From NCBI GenBank assembly GCA_038257235.1, contig JBBSJN010000001.1, forward strand, positions 1-49,691: 49,691 nt of DNA, in the 5' to 3' direction. This document shows, in pieces, positions 29,322 to 38,679 of this stretch. The DNA comes from Chitinophagales bacterium (lineage in GTDB: Bacteria > Bacteroidota > Bacteroidia > Chitinophagales > Chitinophagaceae). The notes beneath the pieces are model-generated. The model made no database searches. It was not told where the DNA came from and saw only the letters and a program-made list of their open reading frames with translations. Within the stretch, counting starts at the first letter, position 1; every line of letters starts with the position of its first letter. Both the position numbers and the translations under genes were made by a program.

Positions 29322-31547
29322 TCAAAGGGTTGCCCTAAATGCCACAATAAAGTTTCTGCCTGGTGCAGAAAACCCCGAAGCAAAATATCTGTAGTTTCTA
29401 TCTGTTATATTTTCTATCCCTGCTTGTAACATAAAGTTTTTTGTAATTGTATAGCTGCTCCTCAAGTTCAATGTTATCCAGGAGGGCATCCCATCCTGCG
29501 TTGCATATTGGCCGTTGTCTTCTCCATCTGGATTATAGTCTGCAATTTTTTTCCAACCATTATACTGACAATAGAATTCAGCACTGAATTTATTTTTTGA
29601 ATAGATCAGATTACTCTTGCCAAATAAAGGGGGTACATGGTCGAGTGGCTTCTTTGTTCCATCAGGATTTTTGTACCTGCCATAGGTAAAACTTAAAGTA
29701 TTATCCCATGAAAGATCTTTAGTAAGATCAATTTGTAGCCGGGTATTAAAACCATATAAAAATGCTTTGTTGATATTCTGACTCGCATACAATGCGCTCA
29801 TTACACCATTGTAAACAACAGAATCCTGCCCGTTTAATTGGAAGGGTGCAGTAGCAATGGCATTTCTAAAGAGTGTATAAAAACCAGTCAACTCAAATCT
29901 TGCTTTTCCCTCAATATTGGTAGAAACCCCCAGGTCAAAATTATAAGTGTATTCAGGACCAAGATCAGGATTGGGAATTATTAGCCGTTTATTGGCAGTA
30001 GTTGATTCAAAAATTTTAGTTACATCATCAATATTCGGAGCTCTGAAACCTGAAGATAGATTACCTGTAAACCGCCAGGCTTTAACAGGCATATATACTA
30101 AGCCGAGATTGCCGGTAACAGCAAAAGAAGTTAGTTTGGTTTCAGTAAAGGGAAAATTGAAGAAGGCATTATCAACTATAGTTGAATGTAAATCGACCAG
30201 CTGAAAGCGAATACCATCATTCAACACTAATTTCCCTTCTTTCATTTTGGAAATATGCTGTGCATAAAGACCAAAGTAATTCATGCTGTTTTCGCCATCA
30301 GGGTAACGGGTGTCAAGTTTTGTAACTGCTCCGGTAATAAGGTTTGTTCGATCTGCAACAGAAGTAACGTCATTAAGTTGACCATCGAAACCAATATTGA
30401 TTTCATTGTTGCCCCAGGATTTCCGTCCATCCACAATAAATCCGGCAACTTTTACTTCTTCCCTGCGGCTATCAAACCTGTCATATCTTCTGTATTCTCT
30501 TTCCTGACGACTTTCTTTTACAACTTGATAATTAAGATTGACTTTTAGGCCATCAAAAAAACCGGTATTTGTGATGTACAAATCATAAGCGGCTAAAAAT
30601 CTGGTTTGGGGCCCATAATACCATTCTGCAAATCGTAATGTAGTACCAATGGTGCCACCGAAATTTTTTGTATCCTGCAGCCGGTCATACCTGGGTACAT
30701 CTGATGAACTGGAATACTGAAAATTTAATTGATGACTCACTTTTTCGTTCTGTTGGAAAAGTATTTTTTGAAGAATATCCCATTGAGTATATCCGGAATT
30801 TCTTTGTACTCTGTCATCGTCATTTGTTATAACGGAATCAATTCCGTTTATTGTTTTAATATAATTCGAACGACGGCCAAAGTTTGGGTATTTGTCTTTA
30901 TAATTATTACCCATTTTCATATTACCAAAATCGCTGATGGTATAAGATTGTAACCAAGCAATTTTTTTACCTCCCAGACTAACGTCGGCATGGGTCGTAA
31001 CTTCGTTGTTTACACTACTATACCTTGCGAAACCTGTACCATTTACTCGTACCTCTTTATTTGTCGAGAGTATTGGTGACTTGGTACGCATATGCACCAA
31101 TCCGCCCAAGGCGTCACTGCCATATAGCGTAGAGGAAGGGCCATACATCACTTCAACTCTATCCAGCATATTCTGGTCAATTGTAACTGCATTTTGTAAA
31201 TGTCCAGAACGATAAATAGCATTGTTCATACGGATGCCATCAACAACTAAAAGGACACGACTGGCTTCAAATCCACGTAGTACAGGGCTACTGCCGCCTT
31301 GCTGGCTTTTTTGAACAAAAATATTTCCGGTACTGATTAAAAGGTCACCTGTATTCTGGCTATTAAAATTTGCAATACTTCGTGAGCTTACAATATCAAT
31401 TTTCTGTGCCAGATTTTTTTTCTTTTCTACAAACTTGTTTGAATATATTATTGCTTCCTCCAAATCTTTTTCATTCGTACTGTCTGTTTGTGCAGTTACA
31501 AATACAGACGTATAAAGCAACGCTGAAAGCATCACTAACTTTTTCAT
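29322..31547 (-). CDS. TonB-dependent receptor (hemoglobin/heme receptor-like)
   Basis: QKSQQGGSSPVLRGFEASRVLLVVDG.RMNNAIYR.GHLQN, GFRAPN, NPDL.PE, C-terminal SAPGRNF. Confidence 0.82.
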   Translation of the reverse strand: MKKLVMLSALLYTSVFVTAQTDSTNEKDLEEAIIYSNKFVEKKKNLAQKIDIVSSRSIANFNSQNTGDLLISTGNIFVQKSQQGGSSPVLRGFEASRVLLVVDGIRMNNAIYRSGHLQNAVTIDQNMLDRVEVMYGPSSTLYGSDALGGLVHMRTKSPILSTNKEVRVNGTGFARYSSVNNEVTTHADVSLGGKKIAWLQSYTISDFGNMKMGNNYKDKYPNFGRRSNYIKTINGIDSVITNDDDRVQRNSGYTQWDILQKILFQQNEKVSHQLNFQYSSSSDVPRYDRLQDTKNFGGTIGTTLRFAEWYYGPQTRFLAAYDLYITNTGFFDGLKVNLNYQVVKESRQEREYRRYDRFDSRREEVKVAGFIVDGRKSWGNNEINIGFDGQLNDVTSVADRTNLITGAVTKLDTRYPDGENSMNYFGLYAQHISKMKEGKLVLNDGIRFQLVDLHSTIVDNAFFNFPFTETKLTSFAVTGNLGLVYMPVKAWRFTGNLSSGFRAPNIDDVTKIFESTTANKRLIIPNPDLGPEYTYNFDLGVSTNIEGKARFELTGFYTLFRNAIATAPFQLNGQDSVVYNGVMSALYASQNINKAFLYGFNTRLQIDLTKDLSWDNTLSFTYGRYKNPDGTKKPLDHVPPLFGKSNLIYSKNKFSAEFYCQYNGWKKIADYNPDGEDNGQYATQDGMPSWITLNLRSSYTITKNFMLQAGIENITDRNYRYFASGFSAPGRNFIVAFRATL

Positions 31548-31593
31548 CTTTTATTTTTTTGATTACTAAATTATTTTATCAATAAGAGAGTAA

Positions 31594-32097
31594 TCAAGAA
31601 AGGGGTGGAGGCGTCGGAATTTCTAATATATTAAATAGTAAACGGGATGAGAAACTCGGAAAATTATTGTTTGGATTATTTATTGCAAAAGAATTTGTAT
31701 CTCCCCAATCGAAATAAATTCCTTGCAAGTTTTGAAAAAACTGACCAAAAAGCTGATTATGAGTATTTTGATTTTTTTTCCAATTTGTACTAAAATTTTG
31801 TTTTAGTACTGTTTCTTCAAGGTCGAAAAGGCCTTTGAAAATTGTGCTATCACCTTTGTGTGCAATTGACTTAATATCAAACATTTTACCATCAACCCAA
31901 ATTTCTTTGCCGGTTTTTGCCCATTGAATTTCGGCATCGGCCAAAACAATGGAATGTAATTGCTCCCTTTCCAACTTTTCTATCATCTGGTGGCGAATAG
32001 CTTGTTGGCGTACTGAAAATACAAGTATCGTCAACACAGGAACCAATCCTAAAAGGATAAATAAAAAGCTAGTAATATTTCTGAACGCCGGTTTCAA
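31594..32097 (-). CDS. Hypothetical protein with N-terminal TM and C-terminal PTPPP
   Basis: KEIWVDGKMFDI motif; between the heme-binding protein and the TBDR. Confidence 0.65.
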   Translation of the reverse strand: MKPAFRNITSFLFILLGLVPVLTILVFSVRQQAIRHQMIEKLEREQLHSIVLADAEIQWAKTGKEIWVDGKMFDIKSIAHKGDSTIFKGLFDLEETVLKQNFSTNWKKNQNTHNQLFGQFFQNLQGIYFDWGDTNSFAINNPNNNFPSFSSRLLFNILEIPTPPPLS

Positions 32098-32110
32098 TTT
32101 ATATTTATTC

Positions 32111-32599
32111 TTACGATTTTTTTCTTACCAGACTGTCAATAGGATATTTTGCTTTCATTGTATCCATAACAGCATTTGCCCAGCCAATTATTTTACTTTT
32201 TTCTTCATCTGTTAGCCTTGCATCTCCATGTGTCCATTTGTATTCTTTTATAGGCATTTTACCTTCTTTCACCATTTCAATGACTTCTTCCATTTTATGG
32301 AATTGAGTGCGGAGTGATTTGTGTATGTATTCGTCTAAATTCAGATTTTTTTTTCCATCCTTTATATGTCCATTCAGCCACCAGTGTACCGGCTGTAAGT
32401 TTGCATACCAGGGATATTTTGAATTATTACTATGGCAATCATTACAGGCTTTTGCCAAAATTGTTTTTACATCATCGGGAATAGCGAAAGAATTACCAAT
32501 GAAATTGGGTTGCGGGCCTTCAGCTTTATTTTTCTTTGGATGAATAAACTGGATTACGATTAGGCCAGCTAACAGCACCAGTAATATTTTTTTAATCAT
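32111..32599 (-). CDS. Haem-binding domain (c-type cytochrome-like) protein
   Basis: ACNDCHSN (CxxCH), YPWY...QPV.WWL..HI..GK..LN, MP..Y...H..A.L. Confidence 0.85.
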   Translation of the reverse strand: MIKKILLVLLAGLIVIQFIHPKKNKAEGPQPNFIGNSFAIPDDVKTILAKACNDCHSNNSKYPWYANLQPVHWWLNGHIKDGKKNLNLDEYIHKSLRTQFHKMEEVIEMVKEGKMPIKEYKWTHGDARLTDEEKSKIIGWANAVMDTMKAKYPIDSLVRKKS

Positions 32600-32617
32600 T
32601 ATAGCGTTTTAATAAAG

Positions 32618-34150
32618 TTATTTAGTTGCAATCAAAACTTCGCCAGTCATTTCTTTTGGAATTGGTATTTCCATCATGGTAAGAATTGTTGGGGCGATAT
32701 CGGCTAGTTTACCTGGTTTTATAGTCCCTTTCCAATCATTATCAATTATAAAAAAAGGAACAGGGTTTAAAGTATGTGCTGTGTTGGGTGAGCCGTCTTC
32801 ATTAATCAGGTAATCGGAGTTGCCATGATCTGCTGTCAGGAAAATTGTGTACTCGTTTTTCAGTCCGGCAGTTACAATTTTTTCAACGCATTTGTCAACT
32901 GTTTCCGCTGCTTTGATAGCGGCTTCCCATATACCAGTGTGTCCAACCATATCGGTGTTGGCATAGTTAAGACAAATAAAGTTGGCCTCACCATTTTCTA
33001 TTTCCGGAAGTAATAAATCTGTCAATTCATATGCACTCATTTCAGGTTGCAAGTCGTAAGTAGCTACTTTGGGCGATTGGGCCATTATCCTTTTTTCTCC
33101 TTCAAATTCTTTTTCCCTACCGCCGCTAAAAAAGAAAGTGACATGCGGATATTTTTCAGTTTCCGCTGCACGGATTTGTTTTAAACCATTAACCTGAAGT
33201 ATTTCGCCCAGTGTATTATTCAGGTTGTCTTTTTCAAACATCACATGAACATTGTTGTATGTCTGATCATACTCTGTCATTGTGGTGTAATGCAGATTGA
33301 GTTTTTCCATTTGAAATTCAGGAAAATCTGATTGCGATAAAACCTGGGTTATTTCCCTGGATCTGTCAGTCCTGAAGTTGAAACAAATGGCAACATCTCC
33401 GTTTTTTATTGTTGTTAAAGGCTGTTGTCCTTCGTTAAGAATAACTGTTGGTAAAATGAATTCGTCAGTTATATTATTGGCATAAGAATTTTCAACTGCT
33501 GCAATGGCATCTGTAGCTTTTTCTCCTGTGCCGTTTACCAATGCATCATAAGCCAGCTTGACACGTTCCCAACGTTTATCACGGTCCATTGCAAAATAGC
33601 GACCACTTACGGTGGCAATTTTTCCAACACTTGTATTTAGATGCTTTTGAAGATCTGTAATAAAACCTAAACCGCTTTTTGGGTCACAATCCCGGCCATC
33701 TGTAAAGGCATGAATGAAAACATTCGCCAATCCTTCCGATTTACAAGTGTCTACAATTGCCTTAATATGATTGATATGAGAGTGAACGCCGCCATCACTT
33801 ACTAATCCTAAAAGATGCAATGCCTTGTTTTGATTTTTTGCAAACCGGACAGCACTGAGCAATGTTTCATTTTTTGCAAATGAACCATCTCTTACTGCTA
33901 CATTTATTCTTTGTAATTCCTGATACACTACCCGGCCTGCACCTAAATTAAGATGGCCGACCTCAGAATTACCCATCTGCCCATCTGGCAGTCCGACGGC
34001 TTCACCGCAGGTTATTAATGTAGTAGTTGGAAATTTTGAATAAAGCGATTTTGTAAAAGGAACATTTGCATTTTGAATGGCATCAGCAGAAGCAACTTTT
34101 CCCAATCCCCAGCCGTCCATGATAACCAGAATGACTTTTTTTTTCGACAT
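32618..34150 (-). CDS. gpmI: 2,3-bisphosphoglycerate-independent phosphoglycerate mutase
   Basis: MDGWG, GQMGNSEVGH, SDGGVHSH, GRYFAMDRD, AETEKYPHVTFFF, DMVGHTG, ADHGN. Confidence 0.97.
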   Translation of the reverse strand: MSKKKVILVIMDGWGLGKVASADAIQNANVPFTKSLYSKFPTTTLITCGEAVGLPDGQMGNSEVGHLNLGAGRVVYQELQRINVAVRDGSFAKNETLLSAVRFAKNQNKALHLLGLVSDGGVHSHINHIKAIVDTCKSEGLANVFIHAFTDGRDCDPKSGLGFITDLQKHLNTSVGKIATVSGRYFAMDRDKRWERVKLAYDALVNGTGEKATDAIAAVENSYANNITDEFILPTVILNEGQQPLTTIKNGDVAICFNFRTDRSREITQVLSQSDFPEFQMEKLNLHYTTMTEYDQTYNNVHVMFEKDNLNNTLGEILQVNGLKQIRAAETEKYPHVTFFFSGGREKEFEGEKRIMAQSPKVATYDLQPEMSAYELTDLLLPEIENGEANFICLNYANTDMVGHTGIWEAAIKAAETVDKCVEKIVTAGLKNEYTIFLTADHGNSDYLINEDGSPNTAHTLNPVPFFIIDNDWKGTIKPGKLADIAPTILTMMEIPIPKEMTGEVLIATK

Positions 34151-34357
34151 TTTTAATAATACATTTTTTTAGTACAAATACATTCATTCTCAAGGGCCAA
34201 TGCCCGTCCGTACCCTGTAAAACTACATTCAAATCCTTTATAAGTCAGTAAAAAACTTGAAAAACTGCTGATTTTTAGTACTTTAGTACCCTCTGAGAAC
34301 ACCCTTTATTATATGGCATGTTTTTAGATTATTAGACCTGTGAAAACCTTTTTTATT

Positions 34358-34753
34358 ATGAAACACTTATTTACATCTTTATTATTTGGGTCAGTTATGT
34401 TACTTTCTTCATTTACTCTGCAGAGCAGCAGTATTGATGAAGTAATTGCAGCTTTGCGTTCGGGCAATGCGTCACAACTTTCAAGTTATTTTGATGAGAA
34501 TGTGGGGCTAACATTACCAGATAAAAGTGATAGTTACAGCAAAGCACAAGCTCAGCTTATTGTAAGAGATTTTTTTAACAATAATGGAGTAAAAGGCTTT
34601 GAATTAAAGCATAAAGGCGATGGGACTGGGGGCAGTCAGTACTGTGTCGGCACATTGCAAACAAATGCAGGTAACTATCGTACCAACGTTTTTATGAAAC
34701 TTAAAAACGGAAAAGAAGTAGTAAAAGAAATACGATTCCAGTCAATGGATTAA
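34358..34753 (+). CDS. DUF4783 family exported protein
   Basis: ALRSGNA..LS.YF, YSKAQA..IV.DFF, F...H.G pattern. Confidence 0.75.
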   Translation: MKHLFTSLLFGSVMLLSSFTLQSSSIDEVIAALRSGNASQLSSYFDENVGLTLPDKSDSYSKAQAQLIVRDFFNNNGVKGFELKHKGDGTGGSQYCVGTLQTNAGNYRTNVFMKLKNGKEVVKEIRFQSMD

Positions 34754-34773
34754 AATAACAGTAACTAAATTTT

Positions 34774-34811
34774 AAAGTCCTGTTTCGTTCTAAACGAGAG
34801 AGGACTTTTTG
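34774..34811 (+). terminator. Terminator after DUF4783
   Basis: AAAGTCCT...AGGACTTTTT. Confidence 0.6.
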
Positions 34812-34850
34812 TTTGAAATAAGCTTGGTATGAAACATTATTTTTGCAGTT

Positions 34851-35705
34851 ATGACTTATGAAGAACAACTAGAGCATCTTATCGACGAAGCCCTGAAAGA
34901 AGATATTGGTGATGGAGATCATTCTACTTTATCCGTCATTGATGCCGAAGCAAAAGGTAAGGCAGTTTTGAAAATAAAACAGGATGGTATTCTTGCAGGA
35001 ATGGAAGTAGCTGAAAAAATATTCAACTATAAAGACTCGATTTCGGTATTTACTGCATTTAAAAAAGATGGTGATGCAATGAAAGCCGGAGAAAAGGCTT
35101 TTGAAGTAGAAGCGTCAGTGCATACTATTTTACAATGTGAAAGATTGGTGCTGAACTGTATGCAAAGAATGAGCGGCATTGCTACGTTGACAAAAGAATA
35201 TACAGACAAACTTAAAGGCTCGAAGACAAAACTATTAGACACAAGAAAAACAACACCTAATTTCCGGTTGCTGGAAAAAGAAGCGGTGCGGATTGGCGGA
35301 GGCGTTAATCATCGTTTTGGACTTTATGATATGATAATGCTGAAGGACAATCATATTGATTATTGTAGCGGTATAGAAAATGCGATTGAGAAAGCAGCAG
35401 CGTATGTAAAAACGAAAAAGCCAGAAATAAAAATTGAAGTGGAGACAAGAAGCCTTGAAGATGTGAAAAAAGTAATGGCCGTTGGAAAAGGAAAAGTATT
35501 TCGCATAATGCTGGATAATTTTACACCAGAACAGATCAAAGAGGCCGTTGCAATAATAGGCGACGACTTCGAAACAGAAGCAAGCGGCGGTATTAATTTA
35601 GAAAATATAGCAGCATATGCAAATGCTGGTGTTGATTTTGTAAGTGTAGGTGCATTGATTCATCAGGCGAAGAGTTTGGATTTAAGTTTGAAGGCCTCTC
35701 TTTGA
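34851..35705 (+). CDS. nadC: Nicotinate-nucleotide diphosphorylase (quinolinate phosphoribosyltransferase)
   Basis: ERLVLNCMQRMSGIAT, DTRKTTP, HRFGLYD..MLKDNH, IMLDNF, EASGGI. Confidence 0.96.
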   Translation: MTYEEQLEHLIDEALKEDIGDGDHSTLSVIDAEAKGKAVLKIKQDGILAGMEVAEKIFNYKDSISVFTAFKKDGDAMKAGEKAFEVEASVHTILQCERLVLNCMQRMSGIATLTKEYTDKLKGSKTKLLDTRKTTPNFRLLEKEAVRIGGGVNHRFGLYDMIMLKDNHIDYCSGIENAIEKAAAYVKTKKPEIKIEVETRSLEDVKKVMAVGKGKVFRIMLDNFTPEQIKEAVAIIGDDFETEASGGINLENIAAYANAGVDFVSVGALIHQAKSLDLSLKASL

Positions 35706-35739
35706 ACTGCGTTCATTCCCTTTCAGGGAACCTCCGAAG

Positions 35740-35766
35740 CCCGCCCGGCCAAGCCGTTCGGACGGG
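35740..35766 (-). repeat. Family B mini-palindrome (27 nt) in host CCTCCGAAG|GAGGGACTT (35731-35775)
   Basis: Minus strand CCCGTCCGAACGGCTTGGCCGGGCGGG; removal restores the hairpin CCTCC-GAA-GGAGG. Confidence 0.85.
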
Positions 35767-35800
35767 GAGGGACTTGATAACCCTAAATTCAGAAAGACTT

Positions 35801-36145
35801 ATGAGTAGTAAGAAAAACAAACCAGATATAAAAGGTTTTGTGTATAGTACCGACCCCAATTTTTCTTTCGAACCGGAACAGGATAATGCAGAAACTTTGC
35901 CGCCTGCAAAGCAGAAATTAAAAATAAGGTTGGATACCAAACACCGGGCGGGAAAAGCTGTAACTCTTGTCGAAGGATTTATTGGAAATGTTGAAGACCT
36001 GGAAGATTTGGGGAAGAAATTAAAATCATTTTGTGGAACCGGCGGCTCGGCAAAGAATGGAAAAATAATTGTGCAGGGAGATCAAAGGGAAAAACTGTTG
36101 CAATGGTTGGCGAAGAATGGGTTTAAGCAAACGAGAAAAATTTAA
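35801..36145 (+). CDS. Translation initiation factor SUI1/YciH family
   Basis: VYSTDP, R.GK.VTLV.GF, LGKKLKSFCGTGGSAK.G.I.VQGD; start revised to MSSKKNK. Confidence 0.9.
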   Translation: MSSKKNKPDIKGFVYSTDPNFSFEPEQDNAETLPPAKQKLKIRLDTKHRAGKAVTLVEGFIGNVEDLEDLGKKLKSFCGTGGSAKNGKIIVQGDQREKLLQWLAKNGFKQTRKI

Positions 36146-36155
36146 TAATCCGGTT

Positions 36156-36353
36156 ATGTTTGTTTTTTATTTCATATTCTTTATTCCGGCCACGATACTT
36201 TTTCTGAGCATAGTTGTATTAGGGTTAGTTTATTTTTATATTGGGCTTTTACAGTTGATAAATTCTTGGAAAGTTTCTCCTTCTTTTGCTTTAAAACAAG
36301 TTAGATTAAATAAAGACATTTTGAAAATGCTCAGTAGATTACAGAACGATTAA
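36156..36353 (+). CDS. Candidate 65-aa small membrane protein
   Basis: MFVFYFIFFIPATILFLSIVVLGLVYFYIGLLQLINSWK..., ATG 10 nt after the SUI1 stop. Confidence 0.4.
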   Translation: MFVFYFIFFIPATILFLSIVVLGLVYFYIGLLQLINSWKVSPSFALKQVRLNKDILKMLSRLQND

Positions 36354-36386
36354 GTGAGTGACACAACGGAAGATGCTAATAGCACT

Positions 36387-36422
36387 AAAGCCTAGAACAA
36401 TATAAAAGCCTAGAACAATATA
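36387..36422. repeat. Perfect 18-bp tandem duplication
   Basis: AAAGCCTAGAACAATATA x2. Confidence 0.9.
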
Positions 36423-36470
36423 AAAACAAACTGCTTTAGAAAATTAAAAATAAAGTAATGAATATGAGTC

Positions 36471-36516
36471 CTAAGTTCCCCCTGTCTGCCGACAGCCAGG
36501 CTTTAGGGGACTGGGG
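36471..36516 (+). repeat. Host REP-like element filled with a family A copy (36481-36500)
   Basis: CTAAGTTCCC[CCTGTCTGCCGACAGCCAGG]CTTTAGGGGACTGGGG. Confidence 0.9.
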
Positions 36517-36529
36517 TTTACAGGGGACA

Positions 36530-37981
36530 TTACTGTCCCTGCGCCAGACTATAGGATTTTATATCGCCCCATTTATTCAAGAGTTCAAAAGAACAAACTT
36601 TAAAGTTGCCACTCATACTTACATAGAGGCCGATAACATCCTGTTGGTTCAGCGGCACATCATCAATACTTTCAAATCGAACATTGTATTGATTGACAAG
36701 ATTGGTATAAACAGAACCAGTAGGCCAAACCTGTGTGCCACGGTTGCTGATATTGATCAGGTTGAATTTTACTCCTGCATGTCGCTGGCATTTGGCAGCA
36801 ATAGCAATCGGCTGCTCTTCACTTTCAATAAACAGGTCAACGCCAACGATTGTTTCCACCACATCATCTTTAGATATCATCATAGAATTGGATTCTAATT
36901 TCAATGGAGTTGGTGTACCCGGTTTATTCGGTATTATTTTTCTTGCACCTATTTCAGGAATTTTACCAAAGTTGCTGATGATAGCATCGGCAAATTCAGT
37001 GGTATTTACAGCAGGAATATTTTTATCACCAAAATCACCGGTGTGTATTCCTTTTTCTAACGTATATAATAATGCATTTTCAATGATGGCTGCATTTTCT
37101 GTAAGACCTAAATGGCGAAGCATGGCAATGCCACTCAGTAATAATGCCGTTGGATTTGCAATATTTTTTCCAGCAATATCCGGCGCTGTTCCATGTACAG
37201 CTTCAAAGATTGCAATATGATCACCAATATTGGCAGACGGTGCAAACCCTAATCCGCCAACTAATCCGGCACACAAATCCGAAACGATATCACCTTGCAG
37301 GTTAGTCAATACAACTACATCAAAAAGGTCAGGCCGTGTAACTAATTTCATACAGAGGTCATCAACAATTACATCATCAGCATTCAATTCCGGATATTCT
37401 TTCGCTACATCATAAAAACATTCAAGGAATAAACCGTCAGTGATCTTCATGATATTGGCCTTGTGACCACAAGTGATGCGGCGGGCATTTTTTTGCTTCG
37501 CCATTTCAAATGCATAGCGTATCACTTGCATACTTCCTGGACGGGTAATGAACCTGCGGCTCAGTGCTACATCATGTGTAAGCATATGTTCGATGCCGCC
37601 ATACGTATCTTCAATATTTTCCCGTACAACTGTAATGTCAATAGGTATTCCGGCTTTGCTGAAAACTGTATCAACGCCATGCAGTGTTCTGAAATCTCTT
37701 TTATTGCCGTAAGTGTTCCATGTCTTTCTTGCCGTTACGTTGATGCTTTTTACACCTTTTCCTTTTGGTGTTTCCATCGGACCTTTAAAAAGCAAACCCA
37801 AAGCTTCAATGGATTGTTTGGCCTCTGGTGTCATACCGTTGTTAAAACCTTTATCAAACACCCATTTGCCCATATCCACAAATTCATACTCCAGCGGAAC
37901 CTTGTTCGCTTTAAAAATTTTCAATACAGCATCCATTATTTCCGGGCCTATTCCATCACCATTTGCTACTGCTATCTTCAT
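36530..37981 (-). CDS. icd: NADP-dependent isocitrate dehydrogenase with C-terminal extension
   Basis: GDGIGPEI, KGP.ETP.GKG.KSINV, RENIEDTY.GIEH, HKANIMK.TDG, NLQGDIVSD, FEAVHGTAPDIAG, ISNRG..VWP C-terminal domain. Confidence 0.92.
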   Translation of the reverse strand: MKIAVANGDGIGPEIMDAVLKIFKANKVPLEYEFVDMGKWVFDKGFNNGMTPEAKQSIEALGLLFKGPMETPKGKGVKSINVTARKTWNTYGNKRDFRTLHGVDTVFSKAGIPIDITVVRENIEDTYGGIEHMLTHDVALSRRFITRPGSMQVIRYAFEMAKQKNARRITCGHKANIMKITDGLFLECFYDVAKEYPELNADDVIVDDLCMKLVTRPDLFDVVVLTNLQGDIVSDLCAGLVGGLGFAPSANIGDHIAIFEAVHGTAPDIAGKNIANPTALLLSGIAMLRHLGLTENAAIIENALLYTLEKGIHTGDFGDKNIPAVNTTEFADAIISNFGKIPEIGARKIIPNKPGTPTPLKLESNSMMISKDDVVETIVGVDLFIESEEQPIAIAAKCQRHAGVKFNLINISNRGTQVWPTGSVYTNLVNQYNVRFESIDDVPLNQQDVIGLYVSMSGNFKVCSFELLNKWGDIKSYSLAQGQ

Positions 37982-37995
37982 ATTTTCTTATATTT

Positions 37996-38039
37996 TGTCA
38001 CCCTGAGAATCCTGTCGAAGACTGGTAATCGAAGGGTGC
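37996..38039. repeat. REP-like palindrome upstream of icd
   Basis: TGTCACCCTGAG...TCGAAGGGTG with CACCCT/AGGGTG arms. Confidence 0.45.
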
Positions 38040-38122
38040 CGCAAAATTAAGCCGCTTCAGGGGATTTATACATTAAATAACCTGCAAGTTTGATTTGATG
38101 GTAATTTGTTTATTTTTACTTC

Positions 38123-38509
38123 ATGACCAGCATGATATCCGAAGGAGTGAAAGTAAGCGTAGAAACTTTCTACCAGGCCGATTACAGCAACCCGCTGCAG
38201 TCGGAATTCATGTTTGCATACCGCATTTCTTTAGAAAATCACAACGCATTTCCTGTAAAACTGCACCGCCGCCATTGGTATATTTTTGACAGTAATGGCA
38301 GCCACCGCGAAGTGGAAGGAGAAGGTGTGGTGGGCATTCAACCTACCTTACAACCCGGCGAAAATTATCAATACGTAAGCGGTTGCAACCTCCGCACCGA
38401 AATGGGAAAAATGCATGGCACTTACCAGATGGAAAATCTGCACAGCAAACAAATGTTTGACGTAAGTATTCCTTCCTTTGAGATGATTGTGCCGATGAAG
38501 AATAATTAA
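38123..38509 (+). CDS. apaG: ApaG protein
   Basis: FAYRI...N, RHWYI.D, VEGEGVVG.QP.L.PG..YQY.SGC.L....G.M.G.Y. Confidence 0.95.
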   Translation: MTSMISEGVKVSVETFYQADYSNPLQSEFMFAYRISLENHNAFPVKLHRRHWYIFDSNGSHREVEGEGVVGIQPTLQPGENYQYVSGCNLRTEMGKMHGTYQMENLHSKQMFDVSIPSFEMIVPMKNN

Positions 38510-38516
38510 GGCCCGT

Positions 38517-38566
38517 CTAGCCCCTGTCCCCTAAAGCCTGCCTGTCGGCAGACAGGGGGAACTTAG
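38517..38566 (-). repeat. Host REP-like element filled with a family A copy (38537-38556)
   Basis: Minus strand CTAAGTTCCC[CCTGTCTGCCGACAGGCAGG]CTTTAGGGGACAGGGGCTAG. Confidence 0.92.
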
Positions 38567-38653
38567 GTTTGGTCAACTCTCCAATTTTTATATTCGCTTA
38601 AAGATTTTTTTTATTTGGTTCCCAACACCTGTTTTACATAGGATCGTCTCTTG

Positions 38654-38679
38654 CCCGTCCGAACGGTTGGCCGGGCGGA
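38654..38679 (+). repeat. Family B mini-palindrome (26 nt)
   Basis: CCCGTCCGAACGGTTGGCCGGGCGGA, one deletion and one substitution relative to the 35740-35766 copy. Confidence 0.85.

Noticed and set aside
34201-34213. TGCCCGTCCGTAC, matching the left end of family B
   Set aside because: There is no right arm, so it cannot be distinguished from chance or a decayed remnant
35702-35800. N-terminal extension of SUI1 (SPPGQAVRTG) as a coding insertion
   Set aside because: It is read-through of the hairpin stack from a TTG overlapping nadC; homologous sequence starts at ATG 35801
36458-38050. Long plus-strand ORFs antisense to icd, and other shadow ORFs in the track
   Set aside because: They overlap well-supported genes on the opposite strand and have no recognisable motifs
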